The notes beneath the pieces were generated by a model. The model was not told where the DNA came from, made no database searches, and saw only the letters and a program-made list of their open reading frames with translations. Position numbers and translations under genes: made by a program. A stretch of 64,000 bases of DNA from Bacteroidales bacterium (GTDB lineage Bacteria > Bacteroidota > Bacteroidia > Bacteroidales > JAUNSR01), in assembly GCA_030539115.1 (NCBI GenBank), contig JAUNSR010000003.1, positions 25,359-89,358 on the forward strand. The letters run 5' to 3'. Of the stretch, positions 9,791-19,019 are shown in pieces. Position 1 is the first letter of the stretch. Every line of letters begins with the position of its first letter.

Positions 9791-9916
9791 ATCAATAAAT
9801 GTTCTATAAGGATCTGGAAATGCTTTATATGCATCTATAAATATTCTATAGAGATCTACAAATGTTACATATGCATCTATAAATGTTTTTTACTGATCTA
9901 TAAATGTTTAATATGT
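9791..9916. repeat. six tandem 21-bp repeats (consensus ATCTATAAATGTTnTATAnGn)
   Basis: Units start at 9791, 9812, 9833, 9854, 9875 and 9896 with an exact 21-bp period. A degenerate seventh unit follows. Confidence 0.9.
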
Positions 9917-9955
9917 ATTTATTATTTGTTTGATAATAAATGAAAAATCTTCAAT

Positions 9956-10762
9956 TTAAAAGAAATTTAAATCCTTTTGATATTCATTCCACAGGTTTTC
10001 AACTGTAAATTTCTCATTCGGTCCGAAGATTTGCCTGAAAGCTTTTTCAGTTGACCAAGGATTAATATTTACCGCTGTTTTATTAAGTTTTTTAATAAAG
10101 TCGGAATCCTTGTTTTTAACAAGCCAACAATAGAAATAACCGGTTGTACGGTAGCCTGAATAATAGCTTCCACCCTCTTTTGGCTTTGAATCATGAAAAC
10201 CGCCGTTAAGTATTCTCACAGCATCGCCCAAACCCTCGACATAAGCCCTGTAATCTTTATTATCCAAATAGGTTCCGCACCCAACAGGATTAAACAAATA
10301 AGCGTAAGTAAGTTGATGAAGCAAAAGTCCTTTCATCTCTATGAAAGAGGCTGTGCTGTCGTTTGGAGAAAAGGTTTTCTCAATCCATTGGGTGCTCAGC
10401 CTAATAGCTATTGTTTTAGACTCTCCTGTTTTTTCAGTTATTCCTGAGAAATTGCTCAATGAATAATGAATGTTTTCTCTTTCAGGAATGGAATCCAAGG
10501 GAGAATAGTATAAAGTCTCAAGCACTCTTATGGCATTCTGCCTGATAAAAAGCGATGGATTTTTTATTATTCCGTGATAGATTTTGGAGCCCTGTGTTTC
10601 CGGAGCCAAATCAACAAATTGGAAATCCTGAAAGTTATAAGATTTCCATTTTATCTCAAGTTTCTCAATATCTTTATCCTCATCCTCCCATACAGTTTCA
10701 GATTTGCATGCTGTAAAAAGGAAGACAAAAGATAAAAATACAAATAGTAATATTCTGTTCAT
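9956..10762 (-). CDS. BSP-like lipoprotein paralog with degenerate active-site motif
   Basis: Paralogous to 7163..8002 along its length (shared YYSP.DSIP, TGYFYCW, ENLW.EYQ), but HELTH is replaced by HQLTY. I placed the start at the internal ATG (10762), which gives MNRILLFVFLSFVFLFTAC (lipoprotein signal) and removes the 47-nt overlap with the GH92 gene. Confidence 0.6.
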   Translation of the reverse strand: MNRILLFVFLSFVFLFTACKSETVWEDEDKDIEKLEIKWKSYNFQDFQFVDLAPETQGSKIYHGIIKNPSLFIRQNAIRVLETLYYSPLDSIPERENIHYSLSNFSGITEKTGESKTIAIRLSTQWIEKTFSPNDSTASFIEMKGLLLHQLTYAYLFNPVGCGTYLDNKDYRAYVEGLGDAVRILNGGFHDSKPKEGGSYYSGYRTTGYFYCWLVKNKDSDFIKKLNKTAVNINPWSTEKAFRQIFGPNEKFTVENLWNEYQKDLNFF

Positions 10763-10769
10763 TTTTATC

Positions 10770-13142
10770 TTAGTTGATGCCCTCGGTAAAAGAATAAGGT
10801 TTTGAATCCCTGTCAATACATCTTTTATAATTAGGGCGGGAACTCATTTCAAACTCGATAACAGCACCATTTATAAGGTCTTGATGAGTAAAATATGACT
10901 TTGAATAAGCCTTTCCATTTAATTTTACCGATTTTATATACCTGTTTTTGTCGCTGACATTGGGAGCTTTAACCACTATCTTGTTGCCATTGTCGAGATT
11001 GACGGAAATAAATGGCAAATATGGAGCTCCTATGACATATTGGTCGGTTCCGGGACAGACTGGATAGAAACCCATAGCGGAAAACAGGTACCAAGCCGAC
11101 ATTTGTCCGCAGTCGTCATTGCCGCATAAGCCGTCAATATTGTTTTTATACATTTTATTCATTACTTCACGAATCCAATACTGCGATTTCCAAGGCTGAG
11201 AACTCCAAGCATAAAGATAAATAATGTGATGGCTCGGCTCATTGCCGTGAACATAGTTTCCCATAAGTCCCTCTTCGGTCACATCTTCAGTATTCTCAAA
11301 GAACTCTTTTGGAAGATGCATCGAGAAAAGAGAATCGAGATTGTTTACAAACTTTTTGTCACCTCCCATAGCATCTATCAACCCGAAAACATCGTGAGGG
11401 ACATAGAAAGAATAGTTCCATGAGTTTCCTTCAATAAAACCTTCGTTATGTGTGTTTAAAAGAGAAAAATTCTCTTTCCATTTGCCGTCTGAGTATTTAG
11501 GACGTGCAAAACCAATATTGTAATCGAAAACATTCCTGTAATTAAGAGCTCTTTTTCCATACTCTTCAGCCATCTCCTTGTTGCCCGCTTTCAAGGCAGT
11601 ATTATAAATGGCCCAATCATCGTAGGAATATTCCAATGTAACCGACGCGGCACTGCCATCCTTGTCAAAAGGGACATATCCAAGAGAGATATAATCTTTA
11701 AGATTTCCGTAATATGGGATTGTAGAGCTGGTTTTCATAGCTGAAAGAGCTTTTGACAAATCTATGTCAGCTCCTTTTGTTATTGCATCGGCTATAACAG
11801 AAACGGCATGGTAGCCGATCATGCACCAATTTTCATTTGCCATGTGCGACCAAACCGGAAGCGCCTTATGAACGCTCTGAGAAGAGTGGGCAAGCATGGA
11901 ATTGACCATATCCTTATTTTTTGATGGATGAAGGATATTCAAAAATGGATGAAAAGCTCTGAAAGTATCCCAAAGAGAAAAGACTGTATAGTTTGTAAAA
12001 TTATCTGCCTGATGAATATTATGATCAAGACCGCGATACTTACCGTCCAGATCCATATAAACAGACGGATTAATCATTGTATGGTATAAAGAGGTGTAAA
12101 ACATTGCCTCCTGGTCGGTTGTACCTTTTATCTCGATGCGTTCAAGTTCATTTTCCCATTTGTTTTGAGTGATTTGAGCAATCTGGTCAAAAGTTTTTCC
12201 ATCTGTTTCCGTCAAATTAAGAAGAGCGCCTTCGGTACTGACTGCTGAAAGAGCGACTTTCACCTCTAACACCTCATCTTTTGACAAGTCGAAATCAAAA
12301 TATGAAACTATCTTGCGGCCTGTAATCTCAGGGAAATTGTTTTCCATCTTGAATTTTCTCCAAAAACCGTTATATAAAGGCTTATCCTTTTCTACATAAC
12401 CGTAGTTTTTAATAGGCTTTGAGAATTTTACGGCAAAATAAGTGTAATTTGTCCTTGCCCAGCCGTTAGTTATTCTATATCCTGTTAAAATTGTATCATT
12501 CTCTACTCTTAAGTTAGCCCAAAGGACTTTCCCGTCATAATTGTAAATGCCATGAACAAGATCCAAAATCAAATGCGAAGGCTTATCTTTTGGAAAAGTA
12601 TATTGATGAACCCCCACTCTTTGAGTAGCAGTCAAACGTGCCTTAATATTATAGTCATCAAGAACAACCTCATAGTATCCGGGAGTGGCTTTTTCCGTAT
12701 TATGAGAAAACCTCGAGCGATATCCATTGTCAGGATTGTCTGAAGTGCCGGGATTTAACTTTAAATCGCCGACAATAGGCATAATAAGAATGTCTCCCAA
12801 ATCTGAATGACCGGTACCGCTGAGATGAGTATGGCTGAAACCGACAATTGTCTTATCCTTATATTGATATCCGGCACAATATTCGTAAACATTCTTTTGA
12901 TAAACGCCATCTACATTGTGAGGAATCGTATCCGTATCAGGGCTTAACTGAACCAAACCAAAGGGGGAGCAGGCGCCGGGAAAGGTATGTCCCATACCGT
13001 TTGTGCCGATTATCGTATTAACCTTTGAAACGACTTTTGAATCTCGGGTCTCAATTTCTTTGTTTATATTATTGGAATATAGATTTCCAAGGAATCCTTG
13101 GGCGATAGGCAAAAGTAAAAGGAATAAGGTTTTTGTTTGCAT
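10770..13142 (-). CDS. GH92 alpha-mannosidase
   Basis: GTNGMGHTFPGACSPFGLVQLSPDT near the N-terminus and a ~790-aa length are typical of GH92. Confidence 0.9.
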   Translation of the reverse strand: MQTKTLFLLLLPIAQGFLGNLYSNNINKEIETRDSKVVSKVNTIIGTNGMGHTFPGACSPFGLVQLSPDTDTIPHNVDGVYQKNVYEYCAGYQYKDKTIVGFSHTHLSGTGHSDLGDILIMPIVGDLKLNPGTSDNPDNGYRSRFSHNTEKATPGYYEVVLDDYNIKARLTATQRVGVHQYTFPKDKPSHLILDLVHGIYNYDGKVLWANLRVENDTILTGYRITNGWARTNYTYFAVKFSKPIKNYGYVEKDKPLYNGFWRKFKMENNFPEITGRKIVSYFDFDLSKDEVLEVKVALSAVSTEGALLNLTETDGKTFDQIAQITQNKWENELERIEIKGTTDQEAMFYTSLYHTMINPSVYMDLDGKYRGLDHNIHQADNFTNYTVFSLWDTFRAFHPFLNILHPSKNKDMVNSMLAHSSQSVHKALPVWSHMANENWCMIGYHAVSVIADAITKGADIDLSKALSAMKTSSTIPYYGNLKDYISLGYVPFDKDGSAASVTLEYSYDDWAIYNTALKAGNKEMAEEYGKRALNYRNVFDYNIGFARPKYSDGKWKENFSLLNTHNEGFIEGNSWNYSFYVPHDVFGLIDAMGGDKKFVNNLDSLFSMHLPKEFFENTEDVTEEGLMGNYVHGNEPSHHIIYLYAWSSQPWKSQYWIREVMNKMYKNNIDGLCGNDDCGQMSAWYLFSAMGFYPVCPGTDQYVIGAPYLPFISVNLDNGNKIVVKAPNVSDKNRYIKSVKLNGKAYSKSYFTHQDLINGAVIEFEMSSRPNYKRCIDRDSKPYSFTEGIN

Positions 13143-13630
13143 ATATATTTATTTGTATGATTTAGCATCAATATCCTTAAAATCCGAATTATATATCTCC
13201 GATATTGAAATCTATAATTGCATGATCTGATTTCTCTATAAAGGAAAAAGATTTTTGGAGGAGCTATAATAATTATGATACATCCCTTTCCCAAAAGAAA
13301 AGATTCAGAAGTAAAAGCTGCCTAAGCGCGAACTATTATTTTTTTTGCATCTTTTAAAACGAAGTTCTTTTAGGAAGCGGGATGACATAAACAACCCTTA
13401 ATCAAAAAGGCTGCATAACAAAAATATATATATATACTTAGTAAGTAAGAATCTTAATTCGTCATAAATGTATAGAATTTAGGTATTCATATAAATAGAC
13501 ACAACTTTGATAAAATAAGACACAAAGAATCAATTATACAATAGACAAATTGTATAGGCTTTATACATGAATTACATATGCAGATTAAGCAAATATTTAT
13601 GCGAGAGACAAATTGAATAAGATTTTTCTG

Positions 13631-16600
13631 CTATGGTTTGTCGGAATTTAATATAGTAGAATCGATTTCACGGTTTGATTCGCGGTAGTTCTTAGGCGTC
13701 ATTCCGTAAATCTTAGAGAAATCCCTGTAAAAGTATGATCGATTTGAAATGCCAACTTTATAAATCACCTCCTGTATTGACAGATTTGTCGTTAAAAGAA
13801 GCTTTGCCGCAAAAGCAAATCTTCTCTTTTTAATAAAATCACCGGGAGAAAAGGAAGAGACATTTTTGAATTTGCGATAGAACGATTGATAAGAGTATCC
13901 CATTTCGCTTGCTATGAAAGCCGCATCCAAATTTCCGTCCGACATATTTTGATCTATCTTGTCAATTACTTTAGAAAGGAATTCAGTATCTTCATGATGT
14001 CTTGGAGTACCGTTATCAATGTCAAAAGCACTTGCAGAGGAATTAAAATATTTTTTTCTATTCTCCATATTAACAATAAGCCTTTCTGTTGTTGCCTGCA
14101 AAAGAGAAAAATCGAAAGGTTTTGTAAAATAAGCATCTGCTCCCGCATTTAATCCGTTAACCTTATCTTCATTGCCGTTTTTGGCAGATATGATAATTAT
14201 TGGAAGATGCTTAAAGAACCTATCCTCCCTGATAATATTGACAAGTTTTATTCCATCAATGCTTCCCGGCATCATAATATCGGTAATTATAAGCCCCGGC
14301 ATCTCCTGTTTTAATATTTCTAAGGCATTCTCACCATTTGAAGCATTTGCTATCCTGTATTTCTGAGAAAGCAAATCGGTAAGCATGAATATTATCTCTT
14401 TATTGTCATCAACCAAAAGAATTAAAGGCTTTTGATTGACAGAGGAATAATTATTATCGATTGAACCATTATTTGAACCTGATATTAAAGAGTTGTAATC
14501 TTTATGAGTTATTTGCTCATTTGATTGAGCAGGCTTCTCATTATTAAAACCGGAGGCAGAATTGTCAGACATTTCTATAACATCATTTCCTTTATTGCCA
14601 ATCAAATCATTTTCACTGCCGCCAATAGTTACGGAGGCGACAGGCTCATCAAAAACACAACGGTCTTTAGCTTTCGGATCACATTGAGCATTAGGAATTG
14701 CAACTTCAAAACAGGCATATCTGTTCTCTTTACTTTCAACACTGATAGTTCCACCAAGAAGCTTGACCATACTCCAGCAAATATGCAGCCCAAGGCCATT
14801 TTGATACCTGAACTCATCATTCTTCTTGGAAGAAAAATTATCAAGGACAACAAATCTATTGAAAACCGATTTCAATTCTTCGCTTTTAATGCCGTGTCCG
14901 GTATTAAAAACTTTAATCAGCAGGCTATTTTCATCATTAACAGAGATTGATATTCTTATCTCACCATCATTATTTACATACTTTACAGCATTTGATACAA
15001 GATTAATGATTATTTTATTCAGACAAAGAGAATCGGTATTCCATAAAATGGTATCAGGGGCTTCAATATTGAAAGAGATATTTTTTCTGTCGGTGATATC
15101 GGAAAATTGATACTTAATAGACTCTACAACCTTGTTTATATTAAGTTCCTCAATATTTTTGGTGTACTGACCTAACTCCTCAAATCTTTGAATATTGATT
15201 ACCTCCTGAATAAGGCTTTGCAGTTTGTCGGCATTAACCTTAAGCAGATTTGTATATTTAAGAACAAAATTATCTGCATTTTCATAATTTAAAATCCTAT
15301 CACAAGGTCCCTGAATAAGAGTCAACGGAGTAAGGAACTCATGAGTAATGTTGGTAAAGAACTTCATTTTTGCCTCATAAAGTTCTGTTTTCTGCTTCTC
15401 CTCCATTTCAGACATCCTTTTTAAAGCCTTTTTCTTTTGATATCTTATAAAGATTATAAAGCAAATAAAAATTATCAGAGCAATAAGAGAGTCAAATATG
15501 ATTAAAACTATTGTGGTTTTATACCAAGGAGGCAGAATCCTGATGTTTATGGAATAGATTTGAGAATCGTTATCATAAACATCCTTTTTGTATTTAACCT
15601 TTAGGACATAATTGCCTGATGGTAAATTCTCAAAAGCAGCGTTGTTAACCCTGTTGATATTTACCCATTCGTCATTATAATTATCAAGCTTGTAGGAATA
15701 CTCTATATTATCGCCTCTAAGATAATCTATGGCAATAAAATTCACAGTAAAACTGTTCTGCTTGTTTTTTAAGACAATTGTTTTACTATCCTCTTTTGGA
15801 TCTATATAAGAGTTTATGGGCACACGCATCCCGCCAATATTAAGACCTGTAAACTGGACCGGGATATTAATATTATTTTCTACGTCCTTTGACAAATCGA
15901 TCTTTACAAACCCATCTACACCACCAAATAAAAGACAATCGGAGTTTTCAGACTTTAAATAAGCGTCATCACTGAATTCAAAAGTCTCAAGGCCGCGGTA
16001 ATTAAAGTAATTATGAAATATTCCATTGTCAGGATTGTATTTTGTCAGCCCCTTATTGGTGCTCAACCAAAGACAACCGGTATTATCAGTAAGTATGCCA
16101 TGAATCATTTCATTTAAAAGGCCGCTTCTTTGATTGTAAACAGATACATAGGAGCTTCCATCCTTGCTTGTTTCAATTTTCAGCATTCCGCCGCTTGTGC
16201 CGAAGAAAGTTACTTTATCCGAATAGGGGCATATTGAAAGAATATCGTCCGACATCGAAAATGAGGAGAAATTTGTAAGAATCTGTTTATAATTTCCTGT
16301 ATTCTTATTATATCTTATCACTCCATAACCACGGCTTGCAAACCAAAGATTATCTTTATCGGCAGCCTCAATGTCAAAAAATTCATCTATTTCATGTTCC
16401 CCCTCATTAAAAATTATTTGATCAATATCTTTGGCGTTTATTTCATATCCAAGATTTTCAATTTTCACCTTTATAATGCCATCTCTCTGAGTAGCCAGCC
16501 ATAAAACATTGTTTTCTTCAAAATAAATATCATGAATGCCATTTAAAAGAGAGTCGTCATTTGTTTTTAACTTATGGATCAGCCTGTCTTCAAAGGAATA

Positions 16601-17869
16601 ATAGTATAATCCTTTTTCATCTCCACCTATCCAAATAAGGTTTAAATCTTTGTTTTCCTTTAAGGCAAAAATTTGAGTCAAACCCAATGAGGAGCTTTTA
16701 TCAAAAACAGAGACTGAATTTATCGGTATGTTTCTTTCAGCAAGATTCCTGTAGTCTGCTATTCTTATCAAGCCGTCACCTTTTGTTCCTATCCAGAGAT
16801 TACCCAATCTATCTTCCAAAAGTGTTCTCAAAGGTTTTCTAATATTTATTGGCAAAGAAGATGACAGTGTTGTAGAAAAAAGGGAGTATCTTTTTGTGTA
16901 ACTTATCAATCCCCGTCCGTCTGATCCCGCCCATAATATGTCCTGATTTCTGTCTTTATACAGACAAAAGATTCCTGAATTGATATCTACAACCTCTTCA
17001 CCGTAATTTTTCTCAGGCACCAAACGAATAAGTCCGCTTGATTTAAATGAAATAAATACACTATTGTCAAATTCCACTATTGAAGATACTTTCCCATATT
17101 TAGATGTGAGCAATGAAACATTTTTTAAAAGCTTCTTCTGTCGATTATTATAGTCATACTCAAACAATTCACCATTTTCTGTTATATAAAAGACGTTGCC
17201 TCCATCCTTAAAAACATATTCCGCCCTATCATCACCTAAAAAATCATCCTCCTTTACATCATAATCCAACTTTTCCTGATTTATTGAATCATGAAAATAT
17301 ATTTTATACACCTTGCTCTTGGTAAAAATCCACATAATATCATTTTCATCAAAGAACGCAGACATTATTTCTGAGGGATCGATCTTTAGAAAAGGATACT
17401 CATTAAATTTCTTGTTTGAAATGATATATTTGTCTATTGTCCCCTTGGAAGTGATAACAAATGAATATTGTTTGCCATTTGTTACCAATCGATATGGGTC
17501 CTTATAGTCATTAAAACTTTCGATTATTTTTTCATTTTCAATAGAATACTTATGAAGTCCCATAAATGTGGATATCCAAAGACAATTGTCATCACAATCT
17601 GATATGGAATGAATTATCCCACTCTGGATATTCATTTTGTCAAAATAGATTTGCTCAATAAAATTCCCGTCATATTTATTCATCCCATCATAGGTCCCTA
17701 TCCAAAGGAAACCTTTGTTATCCTGAAAAACAGACAATACGGCACTATGAGAGAGGCCGCTTCTAATATCAACATTATTGCTTTGATATGCAGTGGCTGA
17801 TTCAGAATAACCATTTAAAGAGTTAAAGAATAATATAGTTAACAGGAATAGACAGATAAAATACTTCAT
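13631..17869 (-). CDS. hybrid two-component system sensor kinase/response regulator (HTCS) with AraC-type output
   Basis: 1412 aa. Periplasmic propeller-type repeats, a TM helix (TIVLIIFDSLIALIIFICFIIFI), H-box FFTNITHEFLTPL, an HATPase region, a receiver (ILLVDDNKE..ITDIMMPG) and a C-terminal AraC helix-turn-helix. Confidence 0.9.
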   Translation of the reverse strand: MKYFICLFLLTILFFNSLNGYSESATAYQSNNVDIRSGLSHSAVLSVFQDNKGFLWIGTYDGMNKYDGNFIEQIYFDKMNIQSGIIHSISDCDDNCLWISTFMGLHKYSIENEKIIESFNDYKDPYRLVTNGKQYSFVITSKGTIDKYIISNKKFNEYPFLKIDPSEIMSAFFDENDIMWIFTKSKVYKIYFHDSINQEKLDYDVKEDDFLGDDRAEYVFKDGGNVFYITENGELFEYDYNNRQKKLLKNVSLLTSKYGKVSSIVEFDNSVFISFKSSGLIRLVPEKNYGEEVVDINSGIFCLYKDRNQDILWAGSDGRGLISYTKRYSLFSTTLSSSLPINIRKPLRTLLEDRLGNLWIGTKGDGLIRIADYRNLAERNIPINSVSVFDKSSSLGLTQIFALKENKDLNLIWIGGDEKGLYYYSFEDRLIHKLKTNDDSLLNGIHDIYFEENNVLWLATQRDGIIKVKIENLGYEINAKDIDQIIFNEGEHEIDEFFDIEAADKDNLWFASRGYGVIRYNKNTGNYKQILTNFSSFSMSDDILSICPYSDKVTFFGTSGGMLKIETSKDGSSYVSVYNQRSGLLNEMIHGILTDNTGCLWLSTNKGLTKYNPDNGIFHNYFNYRGLETFEFSDDAYLKSENSDCLLFGGVDGFVKIDLSKDVENNINIPVQFTGLNIGGMRVPINSYIDPKEDSKTIVLKNKQNSFTVNFIAIDYLRGDNIEYSYKLDNYNDEWVNINRVNNAAFENLPSGNYVLKVKYKKDVYDNDSQIYSINIRILPPWYKTTIVLIIFDSLIALIIFICFIIFIRYQKKKALKRMSEMEEKQKTELYEAKMKFFTNITHEFLTPLTLIQGPCDRILNYENADNFVLKYTNLLKVNADKLQSLIQEVINIQRFEELGQYTKNIEELNINKVVESIKYQFSDITDRKNISFNIEAPDTILWNTDSLCLNKIIINLVSNAVKYVNNDGEIRISISVNDENSLLIKVFNTGHGIKSEELKSVFNRFVVLDNFSSKKNDEFRYQNGLGLHICWSMVKLLGGTISVESKENRYACFEVAIPNAQCDPKAKDRCVFDEPVASVTIGGSENDLIGNKGNDVIEMSDNSASGFNNEKPAQSNEQITHKDYNSLISGSNNGSIDNNYSSVNQKPLILLVDDNKEIIFMLTDLLSQKYRIANASNGENALEILKQEMPGLIITDIMMPGSIDGIKLVNIIREDRFFKHLPIIIISAKNGNEDKVNGLNAGADAYFTKPFDFSLLQATTERLIVNMENRKKYFNSSASAFDIDNGTPRHHEDTEFLSKVIDKIDQNMSDGNLDAAFIASEMGYSYQSFYRKFKNVSSFSPGDFIKKRRFAFAAKLLLTTNLSIQEVIYKVGISNRSYFYRDFSKIYGMTPKNYRESNREIDSTILNSDKP

Positions 17870-17941
17870 GAAAATGAATGGTTCTACTGATAAATTAATA
17901 AAAAGGCATTTACAAAAATATAATAATTTTAATATCTATAT

Positions 17942-17979
17942 AAAAAAAAGGGCATCGACTTTAAACAAGTGATACCCTT
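17942..17979 (-). terminator. rho-independent terminator after korB
   Basis: Minus strand reads AAGGGTATC..GATGCCCTT followed by TTTTTTTA. Confidence 0.6.
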
Positions 17980-18005
17980 TATACGTAATATTAATAAATT
18001 TTAAT

Positions 18006-19016
18006 TTATTTAATTTCCCATGTATCCCCTTTCAGCAAGAAATCCTGAAGAGAACGCTCGCTTTTCTTTGTCTGAACATCTTTAATTTGGTTTTCAACCT
18101 CCTCATCATAAACAGGAGCATCAACACAGCGAATCACACCAAAGGCAACAGGAAGCTCACCGCTGCCCATCATAGCAAGTTTGAAATGCAATCCATTATC
18201 TTTTGTTGTTGCATCATGAACAAGCAAATCTTTCTCTGTAATTCCGTTCTCTCCTATTTTAACAACCTTAAGATTAAGACCGTCAAGAACAAGTCCCTTG
18301 TCTCTGTTTGCTCCAAAAATCATAGGCTTACCCTGTTCAAGAATTATTGAACGGTCTGCGCGGAACTCTTTATCAGAAACATATTTGTGAATGCCGTCAT
18401 TAAAAATCACACAATTCTGAAGTATTTCAACAACAGACGCGCCTTTATGCTTGGCAGCGGCAATCATTACATCTTTCGATGTTGTCAAATCCACATCAAG
18501 AGCTCTTGCAAAAAAGTTTCCTCTTGCACCAAGAGCAAGTTCAGCAGGAATAAATGGCTCCTCAACAGTGCCATAAGGAGAAGACTTTGTAATGGCGCCT
18601 TTATCGGAAGTTGGGGAATACTGCCCCTTTGTAAGGCCATAAATTTTATTATTCAAAAGAAGAATATTTAGATTTACGTTTCTTCTTACTGCATGAATAA
18701 AGTGATTTCCACCAATTGCCAAGCAATCGCCATCACCCGTAATAGACCAAACAGTTAACTTTGGATTAGCTACTTTTACACCCGTTGCAATAGCAAGTCC
18801 ACGACCATGAATAGTATGAAAACCATAAGTATTCATATAATATGGCAAACGAGAAGAGCAACCGATACCTGAAATAACCACAGTATCATAAGGAGCTACT
18901 CCAACTTCAGCCATAGCTTTCTGTAAAGTATTTACAACAGCATGATCTCCGCAACCCGGACACCATCTTACATATTGATCACTTTTATAATCTTTTGCTG
19001 TATAGTTCATATCCAT
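18006..19016 (-). CDS. korB: 2-oxoacid:ferredoxin oxidoreductase beta subunit (TPP-binding)
   Basis: WCPGCGDH motif and GDGD TPP motif (ITGDGDCLAIGGNH). It starts 4 nt downstream of the alpha subunit stop. Confidence 0.85.
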   Translation of the reverse strand: MDMNYTAKDYKSDQYVRWCPGCGDHAVVNTLQKAMAEVGVAPYDTVVISGIGCSSRLPYYMNTYGFHTIHGRGLAIATGVKVANPKLTVWSITGDGDCLAIGGNHFIHAVRRNVNLNILLLNNKIYGLTKGQYSPTSDKGAITKSSPYGTVEEPFIPAELALGARGNFFARALDVDLTTSKDVMIAAAKHKGASVVEILQNCVIFNDGIHKYVSDKEFRADRSIILEQGKPMIFGANRDKGLVLDGLNLKVVKIGENGITEKDLLVHDATTKDNGLHFKLAMMGSGELPVAFGVIRCVDAPVYDEEVENQIKDVQTKKSERSLQDFLLKGDTWEIK

Positions 19017-19019
19017 TTT

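Noticed and set aside
9719-9943. 74-aa ORF with a repeating heptad peptide (..IYKCYICIYKCFLLIYKC..)
   Set aside because: The periodic peptide is an artefact of translating the 21-bp (7-codon) tandem DNA repeat. The region is AT-rich intergenic DNA with no plausible start context, so I treat it as a DNA repeat rather than a gene.
10770-10816. 47-nt overlap between the GH92 3' end and the BSP-like paralog's annotated start, as possible translational coupling
   Set aside because: The internal ATG at 10762 yields a canonical lipoprotein signal (MNRILLFVFLSFVFLFTAC) and removes the overlap. The upstream extension has no signal-peptide character.
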